Assembly: GCA_964016885.1 (NCBI GenBank)
Contig: OZ024745.1
Location: 72,974,001-73,038,000, forward strand
Direction: 5' to 3'
From: Eledone cirrhosa
Taxonomy: Eukaryota
Length of the DNA stretch: 64,000 bases
Part shown: piece by piece, positions 16,401 through 30,342 of the stretch
How the letters are laid out: every line of letters begins with the position of its first letter
Position numbering within the stretch: position 1 is the first letter of the stretch
Translations under genes and position numbers: made by a program
The notes under the pieces: generated by a model
What the model saw: only the letters and a program-made list of their open reading frames with translations
Databases searched by the model: none
Told to the model about the DNA's origin: nothing

Positions 16401-17112
16401 CTAAAGTCTATTTTCTCTCCTTAATGTGCTTCTGAACTTTTAAAAACAAGTCTATTTCTGTTTTTCTAAGCTGCCAGTAATTTGGGACTTATGTAAATTT
16501 GAATATTTGCGTATCTAGAAGAAAACTTTTATAACTCTATGCTTTTTTTAAAAATAATGATTCAAGTAGCTATTAAGTTAAAGCAGCATTTACTTTCAAT
16601 TAAATTGGCTGATTGGATGTTTAAATGGCTAAGTAGGTGTATATCATAACAGTTTCAAACTTTCTTAACCAGTACATTTTTCATTAGGAAGATTACCAAT
16701 GCTTCCTAAACTTCTTTAACTATGTCCTCTACCTGTCTGAAAACTGGATTGTTCTCTATGTTGCCATTCTGTTGTATGTTTTGTTAAAGCTCATTACTCT
16801 GTTTAGTTCATTTATGAAGTGACATGTCTAATGGGAACAATACTTCCTATAGAAACAAGTGAATGAGATGTAGAAGATACTCTCTGGTTTACTGGGTTAA
16901 GTAGAATTTTCTCATTTACAATGAATAAAATACCTACAGAGGAATATGAACTCATTGCTTATATGTTGATAAGTATATACACAAATGAAATTCTTCTTGT
17001 CATAGGAATATAATATACTTAACAACTTTTAAAACTCATTCAATGTGACCAAATCAACTTAATTATTTTATGTTAACGATATTACATACTATAAAATGTA
17101 TAACATACTTAC

Positions 17113-17243
17113 TTTATGTTTCCAGCATGTTTCAGAATACTCGAGAATGTATTTTGTAATATCAGATTGTAGAGGAGGCGACCAATGAATTGATAAGTGA
17201 GTATTATTTTCAACATGAGTAATATTCAATACTTTCTCAGGAG
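17113..17243 (-). CDS. Exon: N-terminal half of the next FN3 domain
   Basis: attttag|CTCCT...CATAAA|gtaagt, 131 nt, phase 1 to 0. PEKVLNITHVENNTHLSIHWSPPLQSDITKYILEYSETCWKHK. The following exon was not found in the window. Confidence 0.85.
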
Positions 17244-17822
17244 CTAAAATATATAACAGAATTATTTTGTTTTAGTTTCAATAACAACAATGTAAATAGA
17301 TCAATTTCTCTTAACTAAGAATCAAGCCAATGGCCACAGTATATAGCTAGAACTTATTTTATCTATCTGAGGGGAGAACAAAAACTAAATATCAGTCTGA
17401 ACAGTATTTCAGCTTGGAAGCAAGTAGAAAAAGACAAAACATAGTAACACATATAGCTTAGTGTTCTATTGCATTGTCCATTTTCAATCCTTTGAGTGTA
17501 TATACAAAAAAAATTGTGTATATATTTTGATGATAGAACTTTTATTTAATTTGCTTCTCCTAACAGAATCTGTAAAAAAGTTGCAAAATTGATTCAAAGT
17601 TCAAAAGCGTAAAAGTCCTCGTAATAATAAAATTAGGGCTATTTAGTGGCAATGACAAATATTTTAAGATCATCGTCCCTTCTTAAGTGGGGGTTAGCCT
17701 TACCGGCCCCATGCCACACTTCTCTACTTTTCCTTATCATCTGTATCGCCATCACCAAACCCCTGGCTTTTATTTATTCCTCCATCATTTTAAATATATC
17801 TTTTTTGGTCTTCCCATTCCAT

Positions 17823-18163
17823 GGAGGCACATGGCTTAGTGGTTAGAGCATTGGCCTTGCAATCGAAAGGTTGTGAGTTCAATTCTCAGACCGGGTGATG
17901 TGTTGTTTCCTTGAGCAAGACACTTTATTTCACATTTCTCCAGTTTACTCAGGTGTAGAAATGAGATGATAGGGACTGAGGTCCCTATCATTCCACTGCA
18001 AAGTGGTCGTAGAGGTGCCACGGAAAAAGCACCCAGCACTCACTGTAAATAAGGTTGGTATTAGGAAGGGCATCCAGCTGTAGAAATCAAGCCAGTATCA
18101 GTTCCCGTCCCACCCTTGCAAGCACGGAAAAAGCGGACGTAAAATGAAATGAAGTGATGATGA
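17823..18163 (+). mobile_element. Full-length tRNA-derived SINE
   Basis: A box TGGCTTAGTGG, B box GAGTTCAATTC, CCTTGAGCAAGACACTT core, RTE-derived aagggcatccagctgtagaaa segment, (GAT)n tail. Confidence 0.88.
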
Positions 18164-18164
18164 T

Positions 18165-18660
18165 TCCTACTTCCTTACACATTCAATTCCATCACTCCTC
18201 TCAGCTAGTCACATTTATCTTTCCTCATCATACAACCATCTTATTCTATTTCTGTTCCCAACATTCATCATTAGCTCTATTCCCATCATCCTCTGTAATT
18301 CATTGTTTGTCTTCCTCTCTTTTAGTGATACATCACTTATCAACCAGACCATTCTCATTTCGGTTTTCTCTGGTCTTCTCTGCTGCTCCATGTTCATCAC
18401 TCATGTCTCACACTCATAAATCATGGCACTTCTCACACATGTAGTATACACCTTTCTCTTCAGTTTCCGCAACACTCCCTCACCTTGTTAGCACACCACT
18501 CAGTTCTCAGTCACCAGATATTGTTGTAGAGTTTGACCCACCATCTCACCAAAATCTTTACCACTTGACATCACCATCATTCCTTTAGCTTCATTCCTTT
18601 CCATCCATCCATACTCTGTGCTATTAATAAGAGTCATCTGCATAGAGCAACTCTAAATAA
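18165..18660 (-). mobile_element. RTE LINE fragment
   Basis: TEMRMVWLISDVSLKERKTNNELQRMMG..RIRWL; degenerate YADD near 18640. Confidence 0.75.
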
Positions 18661-19241
18661 CATTTACTTTCTTAGTAGTTAAATTTAGATGGTTTCTTAC
18701 TAATACAGTTTTTACTAATGTTTTTTACTGATGTTTTTCTAACAATATATTTTAATTGTTATGTAACTAAATTTACATAAATATAATGATTATTACAAAC
18801 ATACTCATAAATAACTCAAGAAAGACTAGTTATGAATTTTGTTTTTACAAATACATAATAATTTAAACATTCAACACAGTTATTCCATTTGCATATATAT
18901 ATCAAAGTTATTATATTTTTAATATTTGCCAGCCAATATCTGAAATCCTACACTAGTTCTAGATAGGAACTTGTATGAAGTATTATTCTAATCAACAATT
19001 CAATACAATCATACAATTATAAAATTATAGATGCTTAACCGATCTTCTTTAAAATTAGGCAAGAACTAATAGAAAATTCTAGTCATGTATGTTGCCTGGC
19101 TCTGAAAAAGAATACCAGTTTTTGTGATGTTGAAAATGTGAGATTACTAGGAGAGATGATCAGTTACAATGAAGCCTTACATTTAAAGTAACCTTGCATG
19201 TCGTTCATATCTGAGTCTAATCTAAGTCTAAAATCTGTCTC

Positions 19242-19503
19242 AAGTCAGGAGGCTCATCAGACTGGTGCTTATCCCAGTTTCGTGGTGTGAAGCAATTGAG
19301 ACTACAAGACTCTCCCCTGGACAGGATGCCAGTTCATTACAGAGTTAAATCCCCAGCTATTGCTGGTACTCATTTTCAGCTGAGTATACTGGAGCAATGT
19401 GAAATGAAGCCTTTTTCACAAGAATACAACACAAAAACCAGCCCAAGAATCATACCCACAACATTATGATCCAACACCATTACCACTAGGCTACATGCTC
19501 CCA
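19242..19503 (-). mobile_element. tRNA-derived SINE (second family)
   Basis: Reverse strand has a tRNA-like head gggagcatgtagcctagtgg, then aaatgagtaccagc and actggcatcctgtccagggg central motifs. Confidence 0.65.
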
Positions 19504-20872
19504 CAGAGGACTGTTTAATTTATGTATATGGTGATCGTTTCTTTGTTGAAAGAGAAAAAATTGGCATGGCCTTTACTGGGATGGTCTGTTAAAATTTATT
19601 TTCATGGAGTCTATGCAGGTTTGACACAAGTTAATTAGGTTGTGTGTGCCTGTTTAGATGCAGAAGGTTATGGATATGTAAAAGATGACATTCTCTGCAT
19701 AATAGTGGGTGTTGTTGAAGATGAGAGCAAGTAAGCTGTTGATGTATAGGAGGAGTGTGAGGAAAAAAAACAAAACCTTGATACATGGTACATTTATCTG
19801 TAGATCAGAGAGAGCTCTATCAGCATATACCATGGAGATGTAATCTAACAGGTGAAATATATAGACAGGCAGGTTAGCTGGAAGATTCATAAGCCAGACA
19901 CAAATACTTTGTTGATTGAAAACATTTTCTTTAACACATTTTCAGAGATGTGTATCCAAAGGTGAGTAACAAATAGGAGTAGGTTTCCAATAGATCTTAT
20001 TTTAAGGAAGTCATACTAGTGGTCATTAAAGAGAGAGATTCAAGTTGAAATGTTAGAAGTTAGAGTGACTGGCAATTAGCTGTAGCCTGTTTACAAATTT
20101 CAGGTATATATGTGTTTGTGTGTGTGTGTACAATATTTTAAGTTGGGCAAAGCTTTTGCTCATCAACTCATTTTGTATTGTACAAAAAGTCTATAATGAT
20201 ACAAGAAAATGAGCAGTTAAAGAGACAAAACCAAGCATAGTAAGTGTTCAATAACAGTGGGAGGAAAAAAACTGAAGCAAAGGCATATCTATGATGTCCT
20301 GAAAGTGAGGTCAGTAGCTGCTAGAATATATTGTATGGCTATCATTGTAACATTACAGTTAGATCTATTTCCAAGTCTTTGGCAAAATTTATTTCCTATT
20401 TACTGTGGAATACATAAACATAGTGTACTAGTACACGGTTACAATAACCACATTGTATGACTGTTTAAGAAATGTGACTGATCCCCATCCTCTATAAAAA
20501 GGAATTATAACTAAAGGCTGTAATATCTTAGTGCACTAGGATCCATGCTAATGACTTCATATTCTACATGTTTCATTGCACTGAGCTTCCTAACATATTT
20601 CATAAGTTTTGTTTATGAAATGATAGTATTAGTTAATTTAAAACTTACATGCTTATAATGTTACTATTAATTAGTGTGTAGTAATATGGGTTTCCATAGT
20701 TAATAGAAACTATTCATTCAATATAAAATATGATATTGGCAACATACTGCCTTACATTATGATGTTGAAACAAGAGTTCAGTCTTCTAAGTAATTAATAT
20801 TCAAGTTAGTATTATTGTGTTGAATCACATTTAGTAATATTAACAATGGTAAGATTTTTATCAAAGACTTAC

Positions 20873-20988
20873 GAATTATTTTAGATATTTTATATACACT
20901 GCTGTTTCGAGAATAAGAATGCACAGTAATAGAAACAGTGTATTTTTTTCCAGCTATCAGGTTGCGAAATGTGTAATTACTGTTGTTC
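20873..20988 (-). CDS. Exon: C-terminal half of an FN3 domain
   Basis: tttttag|GAAC...ATTC|gtaagt, 116 nt, phase 2 to 1. NNSNYTFRNLIAGKKYTVSITVHSYSRNSSVYKISKII; completes the previous exon. Confidence 0.85.
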
Positions 20989-22399
20989 CTAAAAATAAAA
21001 GATTCAGTTTACAAGTATTGATGACAACACAAACTCTAGTTTAAATATTTATATCTATCTCAATTATATATTGTTTATGTTACCCCTTTCATTACTATTT
21101 GAAAAAAACTAAAATACTCCTAATGTTGATACTTTTGAAATAAAAGTTTATAACAAGAGACTATATAATAGGATGAGGTGAAAACACTGCGCCAACCTAG
21201 GTATAGAGTATGTCACCCTCTCCTCTTCTCCTCTTTCTTTCTTGCCTAATAGTCCTTGCTCTTTCACTCCTTTTCTTCTCATTTGTGGTATTTATAGTTC
21301 TTTCCTTTACTTTCCTACACAGCCAGATTTGCTCTTCTTTACTTTGTCCCCTTTTTTCCCTCTTAATTTTGTTTTTATCCGTTTTTAATATTTTCTATCA
21401 CTGTATAACATTTGGTGTTTGGAACATAAATATTACATGAAAAAAAAAACAAATAATTTATCTGTAAACTGAGATGCATCTGAGATATTCAGATGCCATC
21501 AAAATTTTCTTTTTCATATTGATACTAAACAGTATTGTTGTTCTTTTTAATTGCTGTTAAATAATTTGGAAAATATCTATATATAATGGATTGAAAATGA
21601 AGGAGCATTTTAAATGTAACAAACTAAAGAAAATAAAACAAATTATATAAGTCAATTGTTAACAATTGACATCAATAATTAATATTTAATTTGGAAAATA
21701 GTCTTTATAACAATTTCAAACTCTATTGAATGATTAAAAATCACTATTCATTATATACAGCAACATCTTTTTAAAATCTTTATTCCATCCACCATGCATT
21801 ATTCAGCTAAAATATTAAATAATCTAAGAGATCAAATATATATTAGTCAGAGTCAGATTGAAATTCATATAGTTGTAATTATCAACACAAATATTTCTTT
21901 CTTGTATACAACTACAACTGATATAAAAATAATACAGTCTCTGAAAGACTAAGATCATTTTAAAAATTCAACCAAATAAATTATGCTACTTTTTTTTTAA
22001 AGTTTAGTCAAGGACTCGATTCTGAAATAAGAAGGAGGAAGGTATCCTTAAAGAGGAGATCTGGTCTGAATGTTTGCAACAGAGTGGATTTCTTTAAAGA
22101 CACCCAAGGTCCAGGTTAAACTGAGGAACAGATTAAGTCTATCACCCAAATAGATCACCATAAGATTTGAACTTAGAACACAAAAAGCCAGAATAAATAT
22201 CACAAGGCATTTCATGAAACACCCTAAAAATTTCCTTAATCCTAGACTGGTACTTCATTTTCTCAAGCTATAAAGGATGAAAAGTACAGTTGATAATGGC
22301 AAGGTTTCAGTATAAAGTGCAGAGAGTTGAAACAAATACTGCAAGGTCTTTTTGTGACGCTAAACTCTGCCAGCAGCAGAGTTCAAAGAGCAAAGATTA

Positions 22400-22730
22400 A
22401 GTCCAATCCATAAGTTGACATTGTCAAGCCATCCTTTTAGCTGCCGGCCTCTGCTTCTCTTACCAACCAAGCTTCCTTCCTACTCACACCACGAGTTAAT
22501 TTTTTATATGGCCATGTAGTTTGAGTACTCTTGACTTGACAATTGATGTAACTGGTCTAAGTTTGGTAATGTTGAGCAGCTCACTGATACAGATATGGTC
22601 GCTGAGCCGCTTGCCAGTCATAAGTCTCATGATGTGGTTTGGGAATGTAGAGAGCTTCTGAAGTAACCTTGTCATCCAATTAACACAGTCAAGACCATAT
22701 AACACAACTGGTAGTAGTGCCAGTGACAAT
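22400..22730 (-). mobile_element. RTE-like LINE 3' fragment
   Basis: VLYGLDC...RLSDHI..ELL...VKSRVLKLHGHI. Confidence 0.7.
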
Positions 22731-22734
22731 GATA

Positions 22735-23885
22735 AAATTCACCCTCAGGATACAATCACCTTCAAATGCCCAGTGGACTCGGTAGAAGTGGTAGATAGTT
22801 TCTGCTACCTGGGTGACCAAATCAGTAGTGGGTGGGGGTGTTCTGAAAACATAGTAACCAGAGTGAGATCGGGTTGGAAAAAGTTCAGAGAGCTACTACC
22901 ACTGCTAACTACAAAATGATTTTTCCTCAAAATCAAAGGCAGACTGTATGATCCATGTATAAGACAGCAATGTTACACAGCAGCGAAACCTAGGCACTGT
23001 GTACTGAGGACCTGCAAAGATTGGAAAGAGATGAAGCCCCCATGCTTTGATGAATGTGCAATAACAATATACATGAATGGCAAAGTATAAATGTACTGTG
23101 TGAAAAAATTACGCATAAGAAGGATATGTTGTTGTGTGCAGGAGAGGAGATTGCGTAGGTATGGATATGTGATGCATATAAAGAATGACAGCTGTATAAA
23201 AAGGTGGAGAGCGCTAAAAGTTGGTGATAGCCATGGAGTGGACAGGCCTAGGAAGACTTGGGATGAGGTAATAAAAGCTGACCACAATTACACCTCACTA
23301 AGGCGATGACACAGGTCCATGACTCTGGCGCTATGCAGTACTACAGAAGACCCGCCCTCCCATATGCTTGAGCTGAGGCATATATCTAATAGCCCAAACC
23401 GTTCCCTATCACCTCCCCTTTGCTGTAATCCATCCCTCCCCTATTACCTACGTCCTCAATTTCCTCAAGCTTCTTCCTCCACCCTCCCTAGTTCCCATCC
23501 CTCACCATGAAATGGCCCATCCAACACTGTATAGTGGTTTTGTATGCGTCAAGACAAAACACCCAGTCCACACTGTAATGTGGTCACATAGGAGTCATGA
23601 CAAAAAGTGCCCAGTCTACACTGTAAAGTGGATGTGTCGGCAACATGACAATAAGTGCCCAGTCCACACTGTAAAGTGGTCATGTAGGTGACACAACAAT
23701 AAGCACCCAGCACACTGTAAATGTGGTTAGCATTAAGAAGGGCATCCAGCTGTAGAAACCAAGCAAAAATCAGCCATGGGTGAGCGAAACATGGTCCTCT
23801 AACCTGATTCTCTCCCAAAGGACCAGCCCGTCCTAGTAATGTTAGCATGGAAAATAGACGTTAAACGATGTTAATGATGATGATA
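22735..23885 (+). mobile_element. RTE LINE 3' part with 3'UTR containing four ~48-bp tandem units and a (GAT)n tail
   Basis: VVDSFCYLGDQIS..GWKKFREL, RRLRRYGYV..RPRKTWDEVI; units cccagtccacactgtaaagtgg at 23555-23730. Confidence 0.8.
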
Positions 23886-23989
23886 TAGGGAAAGTTCCTG
23901 ACAACTAATTGCTTGAATAATCTCAGTTGATTAATGTTTTTCAACTCACTATATTCTATATTACATATACAACAACAATAACTAGCAAT

Positions 23990-25330
23990 TTAAGGTCATC
24001 TCTTGTGGATCCCATGACAAGCTTCTCTATTTTTCCCTTTCATCTACACCCCCCTCACCAACTCCCTGGATTTCATTTCTTCCTCTATCAGCTTTAGCCA
24101 TATCTAGGTCTTCTCTTTCCAAATTCATTTCCATCACTCTCACTTTCATTCTTCCTTAACACATAAGCCAACCATCTTATTCCATTTCTGTTCACAACAT
24201 TCATCATTGGCTCTATTCCCATCATCCTCTGTAATTCATTGTCTGTCTTCCTCTCTATCAGTGATACTCCACTCATCCACTAGACCATTCTCAATTCTGT
24301 TCTTTACACCCTTCTGTGTTGCTCCATGTTCCTCACCCATGTCTCACGCCCATAAAACATGACACTTTTCACACAGCATAAACCTTTCTCTTCAGTTTCA
24401 GCAACACTCCCCTCTTCATTAGCATACCACTGAAACTTCCTCCATGCACATCTCATTATGGATGTTGTTGCAGAGTTTGATCAACCCTCTCTATTCAACA
24501 TGTCCTCAAGATAAAAAAAACATATCCACACTTTCCATATTCACACCATTCCCAAGATCTAGCTCAATATCCTCTCCATGAGTAGCTCCCTCCGTACAGT
24601 TGACACTTAAATATAGCTGCCACATTATTTAATGATCCCTTCACACCACTACATTTTACCTAGTATATATCAAACATTTAATAGAGTTCACTCTATCAAC
24701 CTTCCTGCACATGGTCATCTCACCAAAATCTATACCACTTGCCATTACCTTTGTTTTTCTAATATTCACCTTCATACCTTTTGCCTCCATACATTCATCA
24801 TCTTCTTCAATTCATCCATACTCTCTGCTATTAACACCAAGTCATCTACATACAGTAAGTCCTATGGTAAACCCTCCTAATACTTTCATTCCATCTTCCA
24901 ATAGTTTAAAGCAGAGCTTCTCAGAGTGGGCGATACTGCCATGAGGCGGGGGCAATGGCCCAAAATGTTTGAGAACCTCTGGCTTAAAGTCTTCTTTCAC
25001 CATCAACTAACAGATCTGTCATTCTCTTTACACCCTAACTTCCCACTACTTTTCACATATCTCCCACAACCCCTTACAGCACTCCTATCCTGCCACTCTT
25101 TATCTTTCTCAATGCTTTCTCAACTATCTCCTCCACCAGTCTAACTGAATTGCTCTCTATGTTGCCATCCCATTTATTCTCCATATTCAACAATCTCTCA
25201 TATCTCTTTCACCTTTCTTAAATTTCATTTAAGTCTACAACAATTTCTCCCACTTCATTCTTCTAGCCATTCCTTTTGCTGACCCTATTCTGAATCCACT
25301 AATTCCCTGAACATTTTTAATATGGCACCT
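23990..25330 (-). mobile_element. Degenerate RTE LINE fragments
   Basis: MSGVSLIERKTDNELQRMMG..IRWLAYVLRK; same family as 18165-18660. Confidence 0.7.
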
Positions 25331-26040
25331 GTGGTCCTTGCCACATCTTTCTATGGAGCGCCCTGGCTTCCTTTCAACTTTAATAAGCCACCTCTTCTAC
25401 TATCATACCATACTGCATATGTGAGACATATTGTTAGTAATGTATTCACAGGCCTAACATTTTTTTCATTTGTTTATAGTTTCATACACAACACTGATTG
25501 AAGACTGTGCCTATAATGATAACCTTTAACAAACAAACTGATAAGTAACTGACAAGAATGTTTTTCAAGACATGCTCAATATCAATCTAAAGCAACAATG
25601 TAATAAGATGTGAATGAAGTGTTATTAATTATAACTGTTCATTAAAGAAATACTGATACATATTTATACAAAAGTGTAGTTCTTAAAATACAAATAGCTC
25701 CTATTAAATCAAAATGGGTATGGATTATAGTTACATTAATAAATCTTTGTTTTATCAGGTAAATTTCAATATTTTTGATTTAAAACTCCAGATCAATTAA
25801 GATGCAAGATAGACCTTCTTAAAGCTTTAATGAACATAAAAAAAAAATTTATTTTCTACTAAAAAAAACATACACTAACACACAATATCACATTTGAACT
25901 GTTGAAACAGTGATTAGCAGGAAAACAATTGCCCCTAACCCACAAAAGGATAGAAAGGAATACAACTTAAACAAGTTGTTCTAACATTTTAATAAATTAG
26001 ATTTGGAAAACTAAATTAAACAATAATGTAACAAACTTAC

Positions 26041-26164
26041 CTTAGAACACAATCAGCTAGATCAGTTAAACAAACTGTATAAGTAAATGTTTTACGTTTG
26101 AGCCAAGTAACTGTAATATTTCTTTCAATAGGATCCATTTTAACATCAGAAACTTGATTAGGAA
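26041..26164 (-). CDS. Exon: N-terminal half of an FN3 domain
   Basis: ttttcag|TTCCT...CTAAG|gtaagt, 124 nt, phase 1 to 2. PNQVSDVKMDPIERNITVTWLKRKTFTYTVCLTDLADCVL. Confidence 0.82.
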
Positions 26165-26393
26165 CTGAAAATAAACAAAGTACAGTAAATTATTTTAATA
26201 ATATAAAGATTGGCTGAGTATTTTTGACAAGGTACTGTTAAATTATATGATCCCTAATGATGTTTTAGAAACATTCAAATATCAATTCAATCAAACATAA
26301 ATATTCCTTCCAGTCACATTACAATGGTTCAAATTAGAGTTTCAGATAGAATTAAATGTCTCCTAGTAAAAATATAAAACAAAATTGAAATAA

Positions 26394-28827
26394 TTCAGCC
26401 TCATGCCTTCCACCACTTGCAAATATGGCCCCGAGATACTTGAACTTCTCTACCCTCTTCAGTGGAACTCCATTCATATGTAGAGTGCACTGCACAGGCT
26501 TCCTAGAGAGGACAACTGTCTCAGTTTTCACGGCACTGATTTTCATTCCAGCCATGCAACACTCAGCATCAAACCTATCAAGGGCAGATCTGAGATCATC
26601 ATCTGTTGAGCTAAGTAACACCATGTCATCTACAGATTCCAGCCAACTCATTTTACACCTGCCAGTCATGATACCACTACAAATAATAATGAACAGGAGA
26701 GGTGGCAGTACACACTCTTGACAGAGTCTGACTCCCACATTGAATGGTTTTAATTTAGCACCATTTATCCAAACACAAAAACTCAAGCATTCATATAGAG
26801 ATATCAGGGCAGCAAGAAGTTGACCATCAATCCCATACTCCTACACAACCTTCCACAGCAGATCTCAAAGAACACGGTTATATGCCTCTTCAAGATCGAC
26901 AAAACAACAATACACTTCTTAGCAATACTCCCACAATTTCTTGAATACCTGCTACAGTGTCAATATTTGGTCAGCTGAGCTGCGTCAGAGGCGAAAAACC
27001 ACACTTATCATCTAGCTTCAACTCAACAATCCCCCTGCATCTCTTTGCCAGACACTTAGCATAGACTTTACCAGGGAGGCTTAACAAAGAGATCCCTCTG
27101 TAATTGGAACAATCTCTCTTGTCTCCCTTTCTGAAAATTGGGATTATCATTCTTGATTGCCATTGCTTAGGTGACTTTCTAGATTCAGGCCATCCGGCAC
27201 ACACAAGTCAGCCAGAGATTACCTTCTCTATTAAAGGCTTTTAACATGGATACATGGATACATTGAAGCTCCGACGTCTAGCAACTGACTTGGTAAACAC
27301 CCACAAAATTATTAACCATCATGCCAACAACAACTCTGAGTGCCTTTTTGATTTCCATGTGTCTAACACACGTGGGCAGGCCCACAAAGTCAGAAAACAG
27401 CACAGCTCCCATGACTTTCGGAAACATTTTTTCACGCTCAGAGTTGCTGAAGCATGGAACAAACTACCTGCATCAGTTATTAGCTGTCAAGACACTGCAT
27501 CCATTAAAACCTCCATACGCACGCACACATGTATATCATGACTCGTACACTATTCACTTCCCTGACATTTGTATATTATTCTATGTACTATACATGCACC
27601 TTTGATAAGTTGTAGTGCACCTGAGCACTGTACACAATAATGTCATTATTATTATTTAACATCTTGCGCCAGATTTCATCTTCCCCACAGGCTTTGCCAC
27701 ATTTGAGCTCTTTAACTGCTCAGCCTCTGAGAGATTAGTCACTGCTCCTAGATGCACCTCGTGTACATCTGAAGATGCTGTTGTGATTGTGTTTAGGAGA
27801 TCAGCAAAGTATTCTCTCCACATTATGAAGATACACCTCTCTGAAGAGAGGAGAACCCCAGATGCCTTCTTGATAGAAGGTGTGGAGGAGGGCTTCTTAC
27901 TATGAAGACAGTGGATGGTCGGCCAGAACACTTTATTTGCTGATCTGAAGTCAGATTCCAGCTTTATCTCAAAGTCCTCCCATGCGTTAACTTTGGTTGC
28001 CTTTACTGTCTCTCTGCTACAATTCCTTGTGACTGCTTTTACAGCACTTATTTCCAAGCCAAGATTTGTAAGCCCCCTTCTTTGCTGGGATGGCATCTTT
28101 GACCTCTTGACTGAACCAAGGAGCCTTCCTGCCCTCTGGCACCACAACAAGCCTCTTTTGCCCACAGTATTTAACAACTTAAGCAGAAACTACTGCACTG
28201 AACAATTTCCACTCTGTCTCAACTTCCTCAGTTTGCTCAGAGAGTTCTCTGAATTTGGATGCAATATTATTTGCATACCTGGTCCAGACTTCCTTATCTA
28301 CCATTGCTTCCCAATTATCATGTAGGCCGCCCCTACCTGTCAGTTTTGTGGGCTTAATCAGAAGAGAGGTAGGCGTAAAAGCCAAACTCACTATCTTCAA
28401 TTCTGTATTCATGCCAACCCTTTCCTATGGTCATGAATACAAGCAGCCGAAATAGGATTCCTCCAAAGGGTCTTTCGTTTAATTTTACTCGATAAATTGT
28501 GTAGCTCAAACATCAAACAGTCACTCCAGGTAGAGCTGCTACTTCTCAGCATTCAGAGATCACAGCTCCAATACTAGTGGTATGTAGTTAGAATGTTACA
28601 GGAAAGAATCACTGGACAGATTTTACGGGCAAAACTAAATGGCAGGAGACCCAGGCATAGACCCCAAGCGAGATGGTTGGATCACATCCATAAGCTTGGC
28701 TGATCTCACTTGGAGATCCAGCTGGATCAATTCAAGATGGTTGCTTCTCACGGGACCTATTCGAGGGAGTCTTTGAGGACTCTGCCCCCAAGACCATCTC
28801 AGGAATATGTGGGTGAAGAAGAAGGAT
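26394..28827 (+). mobile_element. 5'-inverted RTE LINE with 10-bp TSD ATTGAAATAA
   Basis: RT segment on the minus strand 26394-~28352, 3' segment on the plus strand ~28353-28827; TSD at 26384-26393 and 28828-28837. Confidence 0.8.
27248..27654 (+). mobile_element. CR1-type LINE 3' fragment nested in the RTE
   Basis: LRRLATDL..TRG..K..FRKHFFTLRVAEAWNKLP, (ATT)n tail, TSD TTTAACAT at 27240-27247 and 27655-27662. Confidence 0.85.
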
Positions 28828-29207
28828 ATTGAAATAAGAAATATTTATCAAAATGTTGCAATGACTGAGTACATTTTTGTTGAATATTTCAGAATTTAGT
28901 TTCATTTTTACAGACAAGATAGAAAAAAGAAAGTTAATGTCCATAAAGTAAGAGTAACAAAGGAAAAGAGGGCAAATAAGAAAAAACTTGCTAGTTCAGA
29001 ACGCCATACATTACTGCAGAAGTGACAAATGAATAGCGATCTGAAAAAGTAGAAACAAGATTACAATGTGTTGATGAATGAGTCTTGCCATCAACAAGCT
29101 TTCTTCTAGATGTAATTTAGATTCTGTGACACTAGCAGCAGCGGCAATATTAATAGCATAGAAAGCAGGCATAAACTGATGAATATGATGATAATGATGA
29201 TACTTAC

Positions 29208-29474
29208 AAGTAATAAAAGATGTGTTTAAAGATTTTTCACTGGTTACATTGTAAGACATGGTCCATATATTTATTTCGTATCTCGCACCATCGTCTGATA
29301 TTTGTAATGTTATATTTTTCATGTGACTTGTTATATTTTTGGAACTGCCAAAATTACTTGTGTATTGAATTAACCATTCATTTCCAGAAGATACTGTGTT
29401 GTCAAATTTCCATTCAATAAAAGCACTATTTGTTGTAACATTTGTAACGATGGCATTAGTTGGTGGCAATGGAA
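29208..29474 (-). CDS. FN3 exon R14 (array-like 5' half, unique 3' half)
   Basis: cttacag|TTCCA...ATTACTT|gtaagt, 267 nt, phase 1-1. Array-like up to EWLIQY, then TSNFGSSKNITSHMKNITLQISDDGARYEINIWTMSYNVTSEKSLNTSFIT. Confidence 0.88.
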
Positions 29475-30342
29475 CTGTAAGAAATAAAATAAAACAATAT
29501 GACTTCACAATGTTATGGGAGAAACCTGCAGTTTGATTATTTACATTATTCTAAAATAAAAACATGATTTTAATACAATAACATTACTTTCAATAATAAT
29601 GATTAAATATATGAAATCTGATTCTCAGATTCAGAAACATATAATTTTAATCTAAATTATCAACATTTAATCATGTTAACTTTACATCCAATTTTCCATG
29701 TTGGCATGGGTTGGACTATTTGTTCTCTCTTTATACAAAATATACTGTCAAAAGAATGATACTATTGGTATTCTGTTACATAGACATATGTAGATTTAAT
29801 ATTATATATGAAACATTAAATTAACATTCAAATGAAGACTGTCCACAGAACATTACAGGAGATATCATAATCATCACCTTTAACAACTATTTTTCCATGC
29901 TAGTATGGGTTAGACATGTTCAGCTATAAGACAAGCTAGATCAGATGACCATGTCTTGCTCATACTGAACTGTCTCTTGCCTGGTTTCTACAGCTGGATG
30001 CCCTCCCTAATGCCAACCACCTTTACAGTGTCGACAAGGTGATTTTTGTTGTGACACGTAAAAAACTTTACAGTGTGGGCTGGGCACTTTTTTCCACCTA
30101 GTTATACCTGTAGATTATGAGATCTTATATGCCAGAGAAAGTGAAAGATATGATGTTCTGCCACAAAAACAGAAACACTAAACTGAAAAACATTAACAAT
30201 AGTTTTGGTTCTTCATTAACTGAAGATTTTGGATCAAATATGAAAAGATTTTTTTCCTAGGTAAAAGCCATAATATCATATAAAAAAATATCTTTTATAA
30301 GCTATTTTAAACATCTTAGAAAGATTCACTTCATATACTTAC

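Noticed and set aside
17823-17895. tRNA gene
   Set aside because: Has A and B boxes but no acceptor stem, and continues into a SINE body found in three copies.
20649-20710. Possible small minus-strand exon before a gtaag donor
   Set aside because: Weak acceptor and a non-FN3 peptide; exons 20873 and 17243 already join in phase.
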